64,000 nt of DNA from an uncultured Bacteroides sp. (GCA_964528425.1 CAZGTD010000006.1:7915-71914); one strand, 5' to 3'; shown: positions 1 through 9,436, numbered from the stretch's first letter. Notes: a model not told the origin generated them from the letters alone. Translations and numbers: made by a program.

Positions 1-156
1 CTGGCCAAGAACCGTGCTGAAGCCGTTAAGACCATGCTCGTTAACAAATATGGCATCAAGGCTGACCGCATCAACGCCAAGGGCAACGGTATCGGCGAAA
101 TGTTCAAGGAAGAAAGCTGGAACCGCGTAGCTATCTGCATCCTGAACGAAAAATAA
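1..156 (+). CDS. OmpA-family protein, C-terminal fragment (5' end lies outside the window)
   Basis: The in-frame ORF runs off the window edge and stops at TAA 154-156. The tail LAKNRAEAVKTMLVNKYGIKADRINAKGNGIGE resembles the OmpA C-terminal peptidoglycan-binding domain. Confidence 0.6.
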   Translation: MAKNRAEAVKTMLVNKYGIKADRINAKGNGIGEMFKEESWNRVAICILNEK

Positions 157-180
157 TCTAAACTTAACTTCCTAAATCAA

Positions 181-214
181 AAGTCCCGAAGACTATCCGG
201 TCTTCGGGACTTTT
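181..214. terminator. Bidirectional rho-independent terminator
   Basis: 13-bp perfect stem aagtcccgaagac / gtcttcgggactt with a 6-nt loop and a following T-run. It lies between two convergent genes. Confidence 0.75.
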
Positions 215-236
215 AGATTTTTATTGGGTGGGGGAA

Positions 237-1004
237 TCAGGATTTTGATTCGATGCCGAGGCCAAAGAGGGCGTAGTCGAAAAACGCCGGGTCGTCGGGG
301 CGGAGGGTGAGCAGGGCGGCGGTGATTTCGCGGGCGGTCTGACGGTCGTTGGCTTTGCGGGCAGTGAGCCCCAGGGCGCGGGCGGTGTTGCCGGCGTGAA
401 CGTCGAGCGGAATATAGAGGTCGGCCGGAGAGAGCGAGCGCCAGATTCCGAGGTCAACAATCCCGTCGCGGCGCACGAGCCAGCGCAGGGCCATGTTCAG
501 GCGCTTCAGGGCGGTGGTTTTAAGGTTTAGCGGAAAGCAGCGGCTGTCGCCCAAGCCGCCGTTGGCTGCGGCCAGGCGTTCATTCAGCGCCGCGGCCAGG
601 AGCCAGGGGGCATCTTCCTTGCCTTTGAGGTTGAGGGTTTCGGCCCAGGCGTCGATAGTGGGGTACTCGTTGAGAATGCTTTCGAGGCCGCGCAGAAGGT
701 GCTTCAGGTTCCGGCCGAAGAAGGTGCGGTGAATGTTAAGATCGTCGGGCACCGATTCGAAGGCGCCGTTTCTGACCCAGGCCGATGGCGAGGGAGTCAT
801 CATTTCCAGCAGGCGCTCAATGTCGCGGCAAATCATTTTGCGGTTGCCCCAGGCCAGGTGTGCGGCCAGCAGGCTGACTATTTCAATGTCGGCCGGCTCG
901 GAGTAGCGGCGCGGAAACTGAACGGGGTCGGCGGCTATGAAGTCGGTTGAGTTTATGCGGGCGGCTTCACGCTCCAGCAGCAGTGAGGTTTCGGGGCTGA
1001 TCAT
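237..1004 (-). CDS. TIGR02757 / DUF2400 family protein
   Basis: 255-aa ORF. The N-terminal pattern DPVQFPRRY..DIEIVSLLAAHLAWGNR and the overall length fit my memory of this family. Its start overlaps the porX stop (ATGA). Confidence 0.6.
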   Translation of the reverse strand: MISPETSLLLEREAARINSTDFIAADPVQFPRRYSEPADIEIVSLLAAHLAWGNRKMICRDIERLLEMMTPSPSAWVRNGAFESVPDDLNIHRTFFGRNLKHLLRGLESILNEYPTIDAWAETLNLKGKEDAPWLLAAALNERLAAANGGLGDSRCFPLNLKTTALKRLNMALRWLVRRDGIVDLGIWRSLSPADLYIPLDVHAGNTARALGLTARKANDRQTAREITAALLTLRPDDPAFFDYALFGLGIESKS

Positions 1005-2545
1005 CGGGGAGTGAGGGTTATTAGCGGAATAATCATTTCTTCGAGCGATATGCCTCCATGCTGGAACGTGTCGGTATAATACTGAACGTAGTAGTTATAG
1101 TTGTTAGGGTAGGCAAAAAAGTCGCGGCCGTGGGCAAAGATATAGGCGGTGCTGACGTTGGGTGCCGGCAGCCCGTAGTCTTTAGGACGCGTTATCTCAA
1201 AGACCTGTTTGGGGTTATAGCCGAGCGATTTTCCGAGTTTATAGCGCAGGTTGGTGTTGACGTTTCGGTCGCCAACAACCTTTATGGGATTGTCGACCTT
1301 TATGGTGCCATGGTCGGTGGTGAGGACAATGGTGTGGCCTTTGTCGGCGATTTTTCGCAGCAGTTCGATGATTGACGAGTGGCGGAACCACGATTCGGTC
1401 AGCGAGCGATAGGCGGCATTGGTCGAGGCGAGTTCGCGCATCATTTTGGATTCGGTGCGGGCGTGGCTCATCATGTCGATGAAGTTGAAGACTATAACGT
1501 TGAGGTCGTTATGCTCAAGGTTGGCGAATTCGCGTATGAGCCGGTCGCCGGCGGCTGAATCGTTGATTTTGTTATAGCTGAACTTAACGTTGCGTCGGCG
1601 GAAGCGGTCGAATTGGGTTGCAATCAGGGGCGATTCGTTGAGGTTCTTGCCCTCTTCGGATTCCTCGTCGACCCAGAGGTCGGGAAACATGCGTTCGATT
1701 TCGAGCGGCATAAGCCCCGAGAAAATGGCGTTGCGCGCATATTGCGTAGCCGTAGGCAGAATCGAGCAGTAGGTTTCTTCCTCAACGTTGAAGAATTCGC
1801 CCAGAAGCGGGCGCACCGTGCGCCACTGGTCAAGGCGGAAATTATCGATGAGTATGAAGAATACTTTCTTGCCGCCGTCGAGCAGCGGGAACACGCGCGA
1901 CTTGAACACGTCGGGGCTCATCAGCGGGCGGTCGGTGCCGTTGAGCCAGTCGCGATAGTTTTCGCGCACAAAGCGGGCATAGGCGGCATTGGCCTCGCGT
2001 TTCTGCATGTCGAGCATCTCGTCCATGTTGGTTCCGCGTCCGGCCAGTTCGAGTTCCCAGTAGGTAAGTCGGGCGTAGAGTTGCTGAAAGTCGGCGAAGC
2101 TGCGGCAGCGGCCGATTTCGTCCGATAGCTGCATGAATTCCTGGCGATAGTCGGCACCGGTCTGTTCGCTGACCAGGCGCTCGGCGTGGAGATTTTTTTT
2201 GAGGGTGAGCAGTATCTGGTTCGGGTTGACCGGCTTGATGAGATAGTCGGCAATGTTTGCTCCTACTGCCTGGTCCATAATGTTTTCCTCTTCATTTTTG
2301 GTAATCATTATCACCGGGGTGTCGGGCAGCAGCTGTTTGAGCCGCTGAAGGGTTTCGAGGCCGGATAGTCCGGGCATGTTTTCGTCGAGGAAAATAATAT
2401 CGGGCAGTTCGCGGCGGGCCAGTTCGAGCGAGTCGCGTCCGTTGTTGACGGTCACAACGTCGTAGCCCTTCGATTTAAGGAAGATAATATGAGGTTTAAG
2501 CAGGTCTATTTCATCGTCGACCCAAAGTATTTTTCGGTTTGCCAT
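1001..2545 (-). CDS. porX: T9SS response regulator PorX (CheY-like receiver plus PglZ/alkaline-phosphatase-like domain)
   Basis: 514 aa. The N-terminus KILWVDDEIDLLKPHIIFLKSKGY...DENMPGLSGLETL...ADYLIKPVNPNQILL closely follows the P. gingivalis PorX receiver as I recall it. A long PglZ-like C-terminal domain follows. Confidence 0.85.
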   Translation of the reverse strand: MANRKILWVDDEIDLLKPHIIFLKSKGYDVVTVNNGRDSLELARRELPDIIFLDENMPGLSGLETLQRLKQLLPDTPVIMITKNEEENIMDQAVGANIADYLIKPVNPNQILLTLKKNLHAERLVSEQTGADYRQEFMQLSDEIGRCRSFADFQQLYARLTYWELELAGRGTNMDEMLDMQKREANAAYARFVRENYRDWLNGTDRPLMSPDVFKSRVFPLLDGGKKVFFILIDNFRLDQWRTVRPLLGEFFNVEEETYCSILPTATQYARNAIFSGLMPLEIERMFPDLWVDEESEEGKNLNESPLIATQFDRFRRRNVKFSYNKINDSAAGDRLIREFANLEHNDLNVIVFNFIDMMSHARTESKMMRELASTNAAYRSLTESWFRHSSIIELLRKIADKGHTIVLTTDHGTIKVDNPIKVVGDRNVNTNLRYKLGKSLGYNPKQVFEITRPKDYGLPAPNVSTAYIFAHGRDFFAYPNNYNYYVQYYTDTFQHGGISLEEMIIPLITLTPR

Positions 2546-2550
2546 AGGTG

Positions 2551-2558
2551 CAAAATTA
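2551..2558 (-). promoter_or_regulatory. Bacteroidetes -7 promoter box (TAATTTTG on the minus strand)
   Basis: CAAAATTA on the plus strand matches TAnnTTTG on the minus strand. It lies 5 nt upstream of the porX ATG. Confidence 0.5.
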
Positions 2559-2582
2559 TATCTGTTTAAAATGGATGACGTG

Positions 2583-3956
2583 TTATAAAGTCGTTCGGTT
2601 TATTCCTCCGATTGCGTAAATGGGTATAATAGATATTTTTACAGTAGTGTTTTGGTCGGATTCATAATTCAACTCACCGAAGTTTTCCAGAGACGTCCGG
2701 ACCCCTTCCGATAGACCTTTTTTATCAATAAATAATCTGAGTGACTTCATTTTTCCGGCAATTCCCGACTTAACCTCAATAGGCAGTATTGTCATTGCCC
2801 GTGTAATAATGAAGTCTACTTCAGCGCTGGCGCCGCGAGCAAGATTTTCCCAGTAATACAGGTCTTGTTGAGTGGCGGAACTCGCGGCTTTAACCAATTC
2901 CCATCCAACAATCATTTCTGCTAAACCACCTTTATTGACCAAGTCAGTGGCCGATGCGGTCAGAATCTCTGCTGTAACCTCAGCTACGCCTCCGAAATTC
3001 AAATCGAGAATCTGAAGTAACAAGCCCGAATCAATGAATTGGTATTTTATGAATTTTTCGTTGGTTTCCGCCCCCAAAGGTAGCCCGTTGGCTGCTGTAT
3101 GGCGTATCGGCTTAATTAGTCCGGCATCAGTTAGCATTGTGAGTGCAAGTCTGATTTCTTCCGGTCTATAACCTCCGTTTACACGGCTGAACACGAATTT
3201 CTTTCCGGTTTGGCTTACAACGGCATCAAGGGTATTTCGAAGCAACTGTGGGTTTATCTTACTGTCATATTTTGTGAAGTCGTCGTAGTAAGACTGTTGA
3301 ATATCCCTCAGCTCATTGGCGCTTTCTTCATAATCAGACGTTTCAACCCATGCACTCACGCTTGCGGGCATTCCTCCTATTATCATGAATATTCGAAAAA
3401 ATCGCACCAGCTCAGAGTGGATGGTTTCTGTCAGCGGGTGGCTTGGATTAGCCTCGCCGATGGCGTCTATCCATTGATTTTTGCCTAATGCCGACAGAAA
3501 TTCCTGAAACGACAGTGGGTACATGAATAATGACCGGATGCGTCCAACTCCGTAAGAGGTCATTTTCTTTAATGCAAATTCGAGCAATGAGCCTGCGGCA
3601 ATTACGTGGAGTTCCGGATAGTCTTCTTTGAAAAACCATAAAGACTTCAACGCATAATCACACGACTGAATCTCGTCGAGAAACAGCAACGTTTCGCCGG
3701 GGATGACCGGGGTATTAAAAATCTTGCCGAGGTCGGCAGCAATCATCTTAACGTCATAATTGTTTTTGAATATTTCTTTTAGTTCCGGCCGATGTTCGAA
3801 GTTAACTTCAATAAAGTAGCGAAATTTTTGCCCCAGATTCCGTATGGAGCTGGATTTGCCAACCTGACGGGCGCCCCGTAGCAATAGTGGTTTATGGCGC
3901 TTGTTTTCTTTCCATTCAAGCAGTTTCGCATCAATATTTCGGTTGATATATCCCAT
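2583..3956 (-). CDS. AAA+ ATPase with DUF4143-type C-terminal domain
   Basis: 457 aa with Walker A GARQVGKSS and Walker B LLFLDEIQ. The architecture is typical of the orphan ATP-binding protein (AAA_14 + DUF4143) family. GC is lower than in the flanks. Confidence 0.75.
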   Translation of the reverse strand: MGYINRNIDAKLLEWKENKRHKPLLLRGARQVGKSSSIRNLGQKFRYFIEVNFEHRPELKEIFKNNYDVKMIAADLGKIFNTPVIPGETLLFLDEIQSCDYALKSLWFFKEDYPELHVIAAGSLLEFALKKMTSYGVGRIRSLFMYPLSFQEFLSALGKNQWIDAIGEANPSHPLTETIHSELVRFFRIFMIIGGMPASVSAWVETSDYEESANELRDIQQSYYDDFTKYDSKINPQLLRNTLDAVVSQTGKKFVFSRVNGGYRPEEIRLALTMLTDAGLIKPIRHTAANGLPLGAETNEKFIKYQFIDSGLLLQILDLNFGGVAEVTAEILTASATDLVNKGGLAEMIVGWELVKAASSATQQDLYYWENLARGASAEVDFIITRAMTILPIEVKSGIAGKMKSLRLFIDKKGLSEGVRTSLENFGELNYESDQNTTVKISIIPIYAIGGINRTTL

Positions 3957-3975
3957 AATATTTATGATTAGGCTG

Positions 3976-3983
3976 CAAAGTTA
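3976..3983 (-). promoter_or_regulatory. -7 promoter box (TAACTTTG on the minus strand)
   Basis: CAAAGTTA on the plus strand, 19 nt upstream of the ATPase ATG. Confidence 0.55.
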
Positions 3984-4003
3984 CTAAAATTTAGCGGATT
4001 AAC

Positions 4004-4088
4004 AAAAAGTCAGGGGAATAATTGGCTATTTTCTGCAAAAAGTCAGAGGAATAATTGGTTGTTTTCTGCAAAAAGTCAGAGGAATAAT
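4004..4088. repeat. 33-bp tandem direct repeat, about 2.6 copies
   Basis: Copy 1 is aaaaagtcaggggaataattggctattttctgc (4004-4036). Copy 2 is aaaaagtcagaggaataattggttgttttctgc (4037-4069). A partial third copy is aaaaagtcagaggaataat (4070-4088). Confidence 0.9.
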
Positions 4089-4094
4089 AGAAAA

Positions 4095-4114
4095 GCCCGC
4101 CGTGAGGGGCGGGC
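4095..4114 (-). terminator. Rho-independent terminator of the 687-aa T9SS cargo gene
   Basis: 7-bp GC stem gcccgcc / ggcgggc with a 6-nt loop, followed by a T-run on the minus strand. Confidence 0.7.
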
Positions 4115-4137
4115 TTTGAGGGAGTATGTCGGTGGAG

Positions 4138-6201
4138 TTATTTAATAACTTTTTTGCCGTTGATAATGAAGAGGCCGTGGGCGGGGTTGGCAACCTGACG
4201 ACCGTTGAGGTCATAGGCGCGGCCGTTGATTTTCAGCGAGGTGATTTCCTTGATGCCGCTTTGTTCGCCGATTGTCCATTCAACGATAGTTTCTTCGTTG
4301 ATTCCTTCATCCATGTTCTCGAAGAATCCGGCAGGAATGGTAAGAACATATTTGCCTTCAGCGGTGAAGTCAACGGGAATTTCCCAGCCGCTGCCTTCGA
4401 ATGTATTGTAGTCGAAGGCATCGTAGTCGAACATCATGGTGTCGGCGTCGATGCGGAGTTCGTTGCCGTCGGTGTCGGTGGCCAGTTCGCCGTTGAATGT
4501 AACGGTTACATAACCGGTGCTTTCGCCAACGCCCCAGTAGCCGTCACTGTCGGGGTCAATGGCGATTACAGAGATGCTTTCAACCTTGCCGGCTGCGGGG
4601 GTAACAGTGATGGGAGCGGTTGACTTAGGTTCGCTGACTTCGATGGTTTTTGCAAATGAGTTGATAAAGGTTGTTGACTCATCGGCGGTCAGCGAGAACA
4701 TGTAGGGGCTGGCCGAAGTAACGTATGCGCCGACCTTGGTAATGGTTTCGGGGAAAGTGAGGGTGTAGACCTGAGCTTCAGTGCCGATGCTTTCAATGGT
4801 TTTTACTTCGGAGGTAAGTTTGAGGAGGTCTTCGCCGGTCCAGGAAGCGATTTCGGTTTTAACGTAGGTGTAGTCTTCGGCAAATTCGTTGAGAACAACG
4901 GCGATAGTGCCAACGCCGGTGGGGGTGGCGCCTACGGGCAGGCATACGTCGATGGCAGTGAGCGTGCGGAGCTCGTCGTTTTCAGTTTCGCCTACGCCAA
5001 CAAAGGTAGGCAGAACGCCCTGAGTGTAAACGGGAAGCTCGTTGAACTCGAAGAATGCGCCGGCATCGTTGGCCTGGGTCCAGATTGTCAGCTTGCTGTC
5101 GGTGCCATTATCGGAAACGTTGAGATATTGGTTATCGTTGCCGTTGTTGTTGATAACCAGCTCAAAACCGGTGGAACCGATAACCAGGTTCAGGGTACCG
5201 GCTTCCTCTTTGGAGTCAGCTGCAACGATTGCGCCGCCGGCATTTTTTGTTTTGCCGATATATTTGCCGGATACGGTGTTGCGCAGGTAGAAGGATTTGA
5301 ATGTGTAGTCGTCGACGGTAATGTCGGTGGTTTCGTCTTCGTTTTCGGCTTTAACAAATTCAGCTACCCAGAGGCCGTTGAGGTCGGGGCTCTGAACGCG
5401 CTCGAAAGGAGTGTTCTCATTGCCGGTGTAGCTGACGGTCTGCTGCATGCGCACGTTAAAGAGGGTCGAGCCGTCAGAGAGCGAGCGTTCGGCGTATTGA
5501 ACAGCGCTTTGCATGGCGCTATGCTGTGCCTGTTGTACCTCTTCTGCGGTTTCAGCCCAGTCTATGTTGATCAGCGCGCCGTCGCCTACTTTGCGGCCGT
5601 AATATGAAGCATTCAGATATGGGTTGACGGCCTGCATGGCGGTAACCTTTGCCTTGTCGAGGTTATAGAGGTCGGTTACTTTTGCGGCAACCTGTTCTTC
5701 GGTTTCATTGGGGTCGTAGTCGAGCATATAGAACGAAGAGCCTTCGTCGAGGTTCCAGATGCCAACGCCGCCGGTTTCGTTATCGCCGTCGGTGTTGAGG
5801 GCATTGAGGAATACATGCTCATTGGGTTTGGCATCAAGTTTGGTGGAGAAGCCACAGGCGCCGGGGAGCACTTCGCTATCGACCTGAGCAAGGGGAACGG
5901 GAGTAGGCGAGAGGGTAATGTTGCGCTGCTGGTTGCCCTGATAGAGGTAACCTTGAACGCCAACGTTGGAAAGGGTGAGGTCCCAGTTGATTTCATCGTA
6001 GCCCTTAACCCAAAGTGAATTGTTGTCGATGGTGTTGGTGGTAATCAGGCGTCCTTCGGCGGTAACGGCGAGATATTTGCCGTGATCGCGGGCTATAGGA
6101 TTACCGACAGCAAGAATGATGGCGTCTTCGGGCACGTCGGCAAAAGCACCGGCAGCCAGCATAAGAGCCGACATCAGGAGTGTAAATTTTTTCATACGCA
6201 A
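4138..6201 (-). CDS. Secreted protein of unknown function with T9SS C-terminal sorting domain
   Basis: 687 aa with signal peptide MRMKKFTLLMSALMLAAGAFA. The C-terminus ...INGRAYDLNGRQVANPAHGLFIINGKKVIK has the usual T9SS CTD shape. Confidence 0.7.
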   Translation of the reverse strand: MRMKKFTLLMSALMLAAGAFADVPEDAIILAVGNPIARDHGKYLAVTAEGRLITTNTIDNNSLWVKGYDEINWDLTLSNVGVQGYLYQGNQQRNITLSPTPVPLAQVDSEVLPGACGFSTKLDAKPNEHVFLNALNTDGDNETGGVGIWNLDEGSSFYMLDYDPNETEEQVAAKVTDLYNLDKAKVTAMQAVNPYLNASYYGRKVGDGALINIDWAETAEEVQQAQHSAMQSAVQYAERSLSDGSTLFNVRMQQTVSYTGNENTPFERVQSPDLNGLWVAEFVKAENEDETTDITVDDYTFKSFYLRNTVSGKYIGKTKNAGGAIVAADSKEEAGTLNLVIGSTGFELVINNNGNDNQYLNVSDNGTDSKLTIWTQANDAGAFFEFNELPVYTQGVLPTFVGVGETENDELRTLTAIDVCLPVGATPTGVGTIAVVLNEFAEDYTYVKTEIASWTGEDLLKLTSEVKTIESIGTEAQVYTLTFPETITKVGAYVTSASPYMFSLTADESTTFINSFAKTIEVSEPKSTAPITVTPAAGKVESISVIAIDPDSDGYWGVGESTGYVTVTFNGELATDTDGNELRIDADTMMFDYDAFDYNTFEGSGWEIPVDFTAEGKYVLTIPAGFFENMDEGINEETIVEWTIGEQSGIKEITSLKINGRAYDLNGRQVANPAHGLFIINGKKVIK

Positions 6202-6232
6202 TTAAGTGTGAATAAAGTGAATAATAACGTGG

Positions 6233-6240
6233 CAAACTTA
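6233..6240 (-). promoter_or_regulatory. -7 promoter box (TAAGTTTG on the minus strand)
   Basis: CAAACTTA on the plus strand, 31 nt upstream of the ATG at 6201. Confidence 0.5.
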
Positions 6241-6281
6241 CGAAAAAATTTTTAAATGACCAAATTCCCGATTTTTTAGCG

Positions 6282-6289
6282 TAACTTTG
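6282..6289 (+). promoter_or_regulatory. -7 promoter box TAACTTTG
   Basis: Lies 10 nt upstream of the GTG at 6300 and is divergent from the box at 6233. Confidence 0.5.
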
Positions 6290-6299
6290 CCGCCGAAAC

Positions 6300-7253
6300 G
6301 TGAATAGGAGCGTCGACATACTGAAATACGGTATGAGCGTAATGATTATGCTCATCCATGCGGGCTACAGCTTCCGCTACCCGATTTTGAGGGTTGCGGT
6401 GCCGGTGTTTTTCATTATTTCTTCATATTTTTTCTTCCGTAAGGTTGAAGCGCTTCCGGCCGACGATGCCAGAGCTTATTACCGCAGATTTATTGTCAGG
6501 GGGCTTAAGCTGTATGCTTTCTGGATTGTGGCATTGATGCCCTACATGATAGCCGTTAAGTATCAGACCCATTTGCTCGAACAATATTTAATTGAGTTTC
6601 CGCTGAATTTTGTGTTGCGGAGCGTTTTTCCGGCGTCGTGGTATCTGGCGGCGTATATGATTTGCATCAGCATCGTTTACTTCGGGCGACGAAGAATGAA
6701 GTTGCTGACCGCTATCGGCTTAGGACTCTATGCGGTTTGCTGCATGGAGTCAAACTATGGTGCGCTGATTTCCGGCCTGTTGCCTGCGTCTGACACATAT
6801 TTTGCCGGTTATGTCAAGATGCTTTATGTCAGCTTCCCGGCCGGCTTGATTTTTGTTGTGCTCGGCCGGTTTATTGCCGTGCGGGAGCCGGGGTGGGCAA
6901 CGGCTGTTGCGGCTATACTGGCGGGCGGTGCGGGGCTGGCGTTTGAGGCTCATTTTGTGGTGGCAAACGGCCTGCGGGTTGCCGATGATTGCTATTTCAG
7001 TCTGCTGGCTCTTGCTCCGGGGGTGTTTTTAGCAGTTGTCAAGACCCGATTGACATTGGGATTCGACACAACGGTTCTGCGGCGCTTGAGCACCATAAAC
7101 TATTGCTCGCACTACGCGATCATTCGGGTGATTTCAAAAGCGGGAGTGGCCGGCGTTGATGTTTTTCTGCTTACTTTAGCGATTTGCACCCTTCTGGGGC
7201 TGGCGCTGATATGGCTGTCGCGCCGCGCGCGGGTGCTCAGGTTCGCCTATTAG
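6300..7253 (+). CDS. Acyltransferase family 3 membrane protein
   Basis: 317-aa polytopic protein. The N-terminus DILKYGMSVMIMLIHAGY...RVAVPVFFIISSYFF is typical of Acyl_transf_3. The start is uncertain: GTG at 6300 or ATG at 6333. Confidence 0.65.
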   Translation: MNRSVDILKYGMSVMIMLIHAGYSFRYPILRVAVPVFFIISSYFFFRKVEALPADDARAYYRRFIVRGLKLYAFWIVALMPYMIAVKYQTHLLEQYLIEFPLNFVLRSVFPASWYLAAYMICISIVYFGRRRMKLLTAIGLGLYAVCCMESNYGALISGLLPASDTYFAGYVKMLYVSFPAGLIFVVLGRFIAVREPGWATAVAAILAGGAGLAFEAHFVVANGLRVADDCYFSLLALAPGVFLAVVKTRLTLGFDTTVLRRLSTINYCSHYAIIRVISKAGVAGVDVFLLTLAICTLLGLALIWLSRRARVLRFAY

Positions 7254-7741
7254 AGGGGAAATTCGGCCTCGAGGGCGCTGAGCTTGTCGAGGTCGCCGAA
7301 TCGGGCTGCGGCAGCGCGGACTTTATCTATTGATTTGCGTTGGCCCGAACCGGATTTTGAGTAGAATTTATCGGCAAAGCAAATCAGGCGTTCAAGCTTG
7401 GTCTCGGGCAGGTAGGGCGGAATTCCCAGGCCGGTATGGCGCTCGGCGACCCGTGCGGCCCACTCGGGGGCTCCCTCGCGACGAAGCAGGGCGGCGCCTA
7501 ACGGGCCGTGGGCCAGGTACGGTTCAGTGCCATTACAGTGAATTCCCGGCGCTGAGGTCATGAAGATTCCGATGTCGTGGAGCATAGCGGCGGCTTTTAC
7601 TTGCTCGGCATCGAGTTCCGGGGCTGACTTTTGGCGCAGTTCTTCGGCCAGGGAGGCAACTGATTCGGCGTGGCGCATATAAATATCCCGAAGGGTAGTG
7701 CCTTCGGGATAGTATTTATCTATGATGCGTTGGTAGTTCAT
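7250..7741 (-). CDS. HD-domain phosphohydrolase
   Basis: 163 aa with an H...HD motif (MLHDIGIF). Its start overlaps the ilvE stop by 1 nt. Confidence 0.65.
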   Translation of the reverse strand: MNYQRIIDKYYPEGTTLRDIYMRHAESVASLAEELRQKSAPELDAEQVKAAAMLHDIGIFMTSAPGIHCNGTEPYLAHGPLGAALLRREGAPEWAARVAERHTGLGIPPYLPETKLERLICFADKFYSKSGSGQRKSIDKVRAAAARFGDLDKLSALEAEFPL

Positions 7742-8766
7742 CAGTCGAGAATGGTGTTCCAGCCGTGAATGTCGGGGGCGTCGCCATATTGAATGGCCTG
7801 CAGGCGGTGGTAGAGTTCGGTGGTAATCGGGCCTACCTTTCCGTCGGGGCTTATTATGTATTTGCTGCCGGTGTCGAGGTCGTGGATTTCAGCAACGGGC
7901 GATGTTACGGCGGCTGTGCCTACGGCGGCGGCTTCGCTGACGTCGTTCAGCTCGTCAACGGTAATGTGGCGCTGCTCAACTTTCAGGCCCATGTCGCGTG
8001 CAATCTGCATCAGGCTCTTATTTGTAATCGAGGGGAGTATGGAGTCGGAGGCGGGGGTAATGTAAACGCCGTCTTTAATGGCAATGAAATTTGCCGGACC
8101 GCATTCGTCGAGATATTTTTTCTCTTTGGGGTCGAGAAACAGAACCGATGCGTAGCCTTTTTTGTGGGCTTCGTGTATTACCGGAATCGAGGCTGCGTAG
8201 TTACCGCCGACTTTCCAACGTCCGGTGCCTTTGGGGGCCACGCGGTCGTGCTCGCGGGTTATGCAGTAGTTTGCGGGAGTGAGGCCGCCTTTGAAGTATG
8301 GACCAACCGGGCTAACGAAGATAACGATCATATATTCAGTGGCTTCCTTAACGCCAACGCGGGCAGTAAGGCCGATTTCGAGCGGGCGGATATAGAGCGA
8401 TGCGCCGGAGCCATAGGGGGGCACGAAGCGTTCGTTGGCGCGAACTACGCGTTTAACCATTTCGGCGAACAGTTCTTCGGGCACCGGCTCCATAAGCAGC
8501 CCTCGGGCCGAGTCGGCGATTCGGCGGGCATTTTCTTCAAGGCGGAAAATGCGGATTTTGCCGTCTTTGCCACGGAATGCCTTGAGCCCTTCGAAAATCT
8601 CCTGGCCGTAGTGGAGAGCGGTGGCGGCCATGTGAAGGTTGATGTATTCGGAGGTCGATTCTTCAATCGGGCCCCATTTGCCGTCTTTAAACGTGCAGCG
8701 CACGTTAACGTCGGTGGGGTAGTAGCCGAATTGAAGCGATGACCAGTCGATTTCAGAATTTTCCAT
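7741..8766 (-). CDS. ilvE: Branched-chain amino acid aminotransferase
   Basis: 341 aa. Recognisable over its full length as a class IV aminotransferase (FGYYPTD..., EGLKAFR, GTGRWKVGGNYAAS). Confidence 0.85.
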   Translation of the reverse strand: MENSEIDWSSLQFGYYPTDVNVRCTFKDGKWGPIEESTSEYINLHMAATALHYGQEIFEGLKAFRGKDGKIRIFRLEENARRIADSARGLLMEPVPEELFAEMVKRVVRANERFVPPYGSGASLYIRPLEIGLTARVGVKEATEYMIVIFVSPVGPYFKGGLTPANYCITREHDRVAPKGTGRWKVGGNYAASIPVIHEAHKKGYASVLFLDPKEKKYLDECGPANFIAIKDGVYITPASDSILPSITNKSLMQIARDMGLKVEQRHITVDELNDVSEAAAVGTAAVTSPVAEIHDLDTGSKYIISPDGKVGPITTELYHRLQAIQYGDAPDIHGWNTILD

Positions 8767-8791
8767 ATTTGGTTGTTTGTTTAAATCGCCG

Positions 8792-8799
8792 CAAATTTA
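8792..8799 (-). promoter_or_regulatory. -7 promoter box (TAAATTTG on the minus strand)
   Basis: CAAATTTA on the plus strand, 25 nt upstream of the ilvE ATG. Confidence 0.5.
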
Positions 8800-8844
8800 G
8801 CAAAAAAATCCAAAATGGCAAAACGTAGTTTCAGGTTTTTCAGC

Positions 8845-9402
8845 TCATTGTTTTTCGGCCATGCGCAGCCATTTCCGGTAGCCGAGCAGGGCAATTACGC
8901 AGTAGCCGGCGTAGAGAATCGGATAGAATACCAACCCTTTATAAATCTGCATCGGCACGGTTACCAAATCAACCACGAGCCAGAATAGCCATTGCTCGCA
9001 ATATTTTTGCGCCCCCATCCATAGGGCCACTATGCTGACGGCAGTAGTGAAGGCATCGATCCATGGAATGGTTGAGTCGGTGAAGTTGATGAGCACCAGG
9101 GCTATAGCCACCCAAAGGAACCCTACGGCGAGTATGCATCCCGCAAGAACGGCGGGACGGATTCTGGTTATCGGCAGGGTCTTTTTTTCGATTCCACGCC
9201 GTCGGGTCCAGTTTAGGTAGCCATAGATTGCAATAACAACGTAGTAGATGTTGATGGCAAAGTCGGCATAGATGCCTTTTTCAAAGTAAAGCCACATTGA
9301 AATCAGCGGCATTACTATGCTGGCAATCCACATTTTCGGGTCTGCCTCATATTCCCAATAGAGATAGAGCAGTCCGACCAGGAAACCGAAAACCTCCAAC
9401 AC
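8845..9402 (-). CDS. PnuC-family transporter, probably the thiamine-specific PnuT type
   Basis: 185-aa protein with about 7 TM helices and PnuC-like motifs (WIASIVMPLISMWLYFEKGIYADFAINIYYVVIAIYGYLNW). It is the second gene of an operon fronted by a TPP riboswitch. The start is GTG. Confidence 0.75.
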   Translation of the reverse strand: MLEVFGFLVGLLYLYWEYEADPKMWIASIVMPLISMWLYFEKGIYADFAINIYYVVIAIYGYLNWTRRRGIEKKTLPITRIRPAVLAGCILAVGFLWVAIALVLINFTDSTIPWIDAFTTAVSIVALWMGAQKYCEQWLFWLVVDLVTVPMQIYKGLVFYPILYAGYCVIALLGYRKWLRMAEKQ

Positions 9403-9436
9403 TCCCTTTTACTAATTATTAATTGCTAATTACTAA

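Noticed and set aside
4004-4088. Possible CRISPR array
   Set aside because: The 33-bp units are directly adjacent with no spacers, there are only about 2.6 copies, and no cas genes are in the window. It is a plain tandem repeat.
7765-8742. 325-aa plus-strand ORF opposite ilvE. Similar long antisense ORFs occur at 49403-50761, 38757-39614, 37003-37779, 35023-35808, 12804-13328 and 20429-20890.
   Set aside because: These are shadow ORFs inside well-supported genes in GC-rich DNA. They have repetitive Gly/Ala/Val-rich composition, no promoter box and no recognisable motifs.
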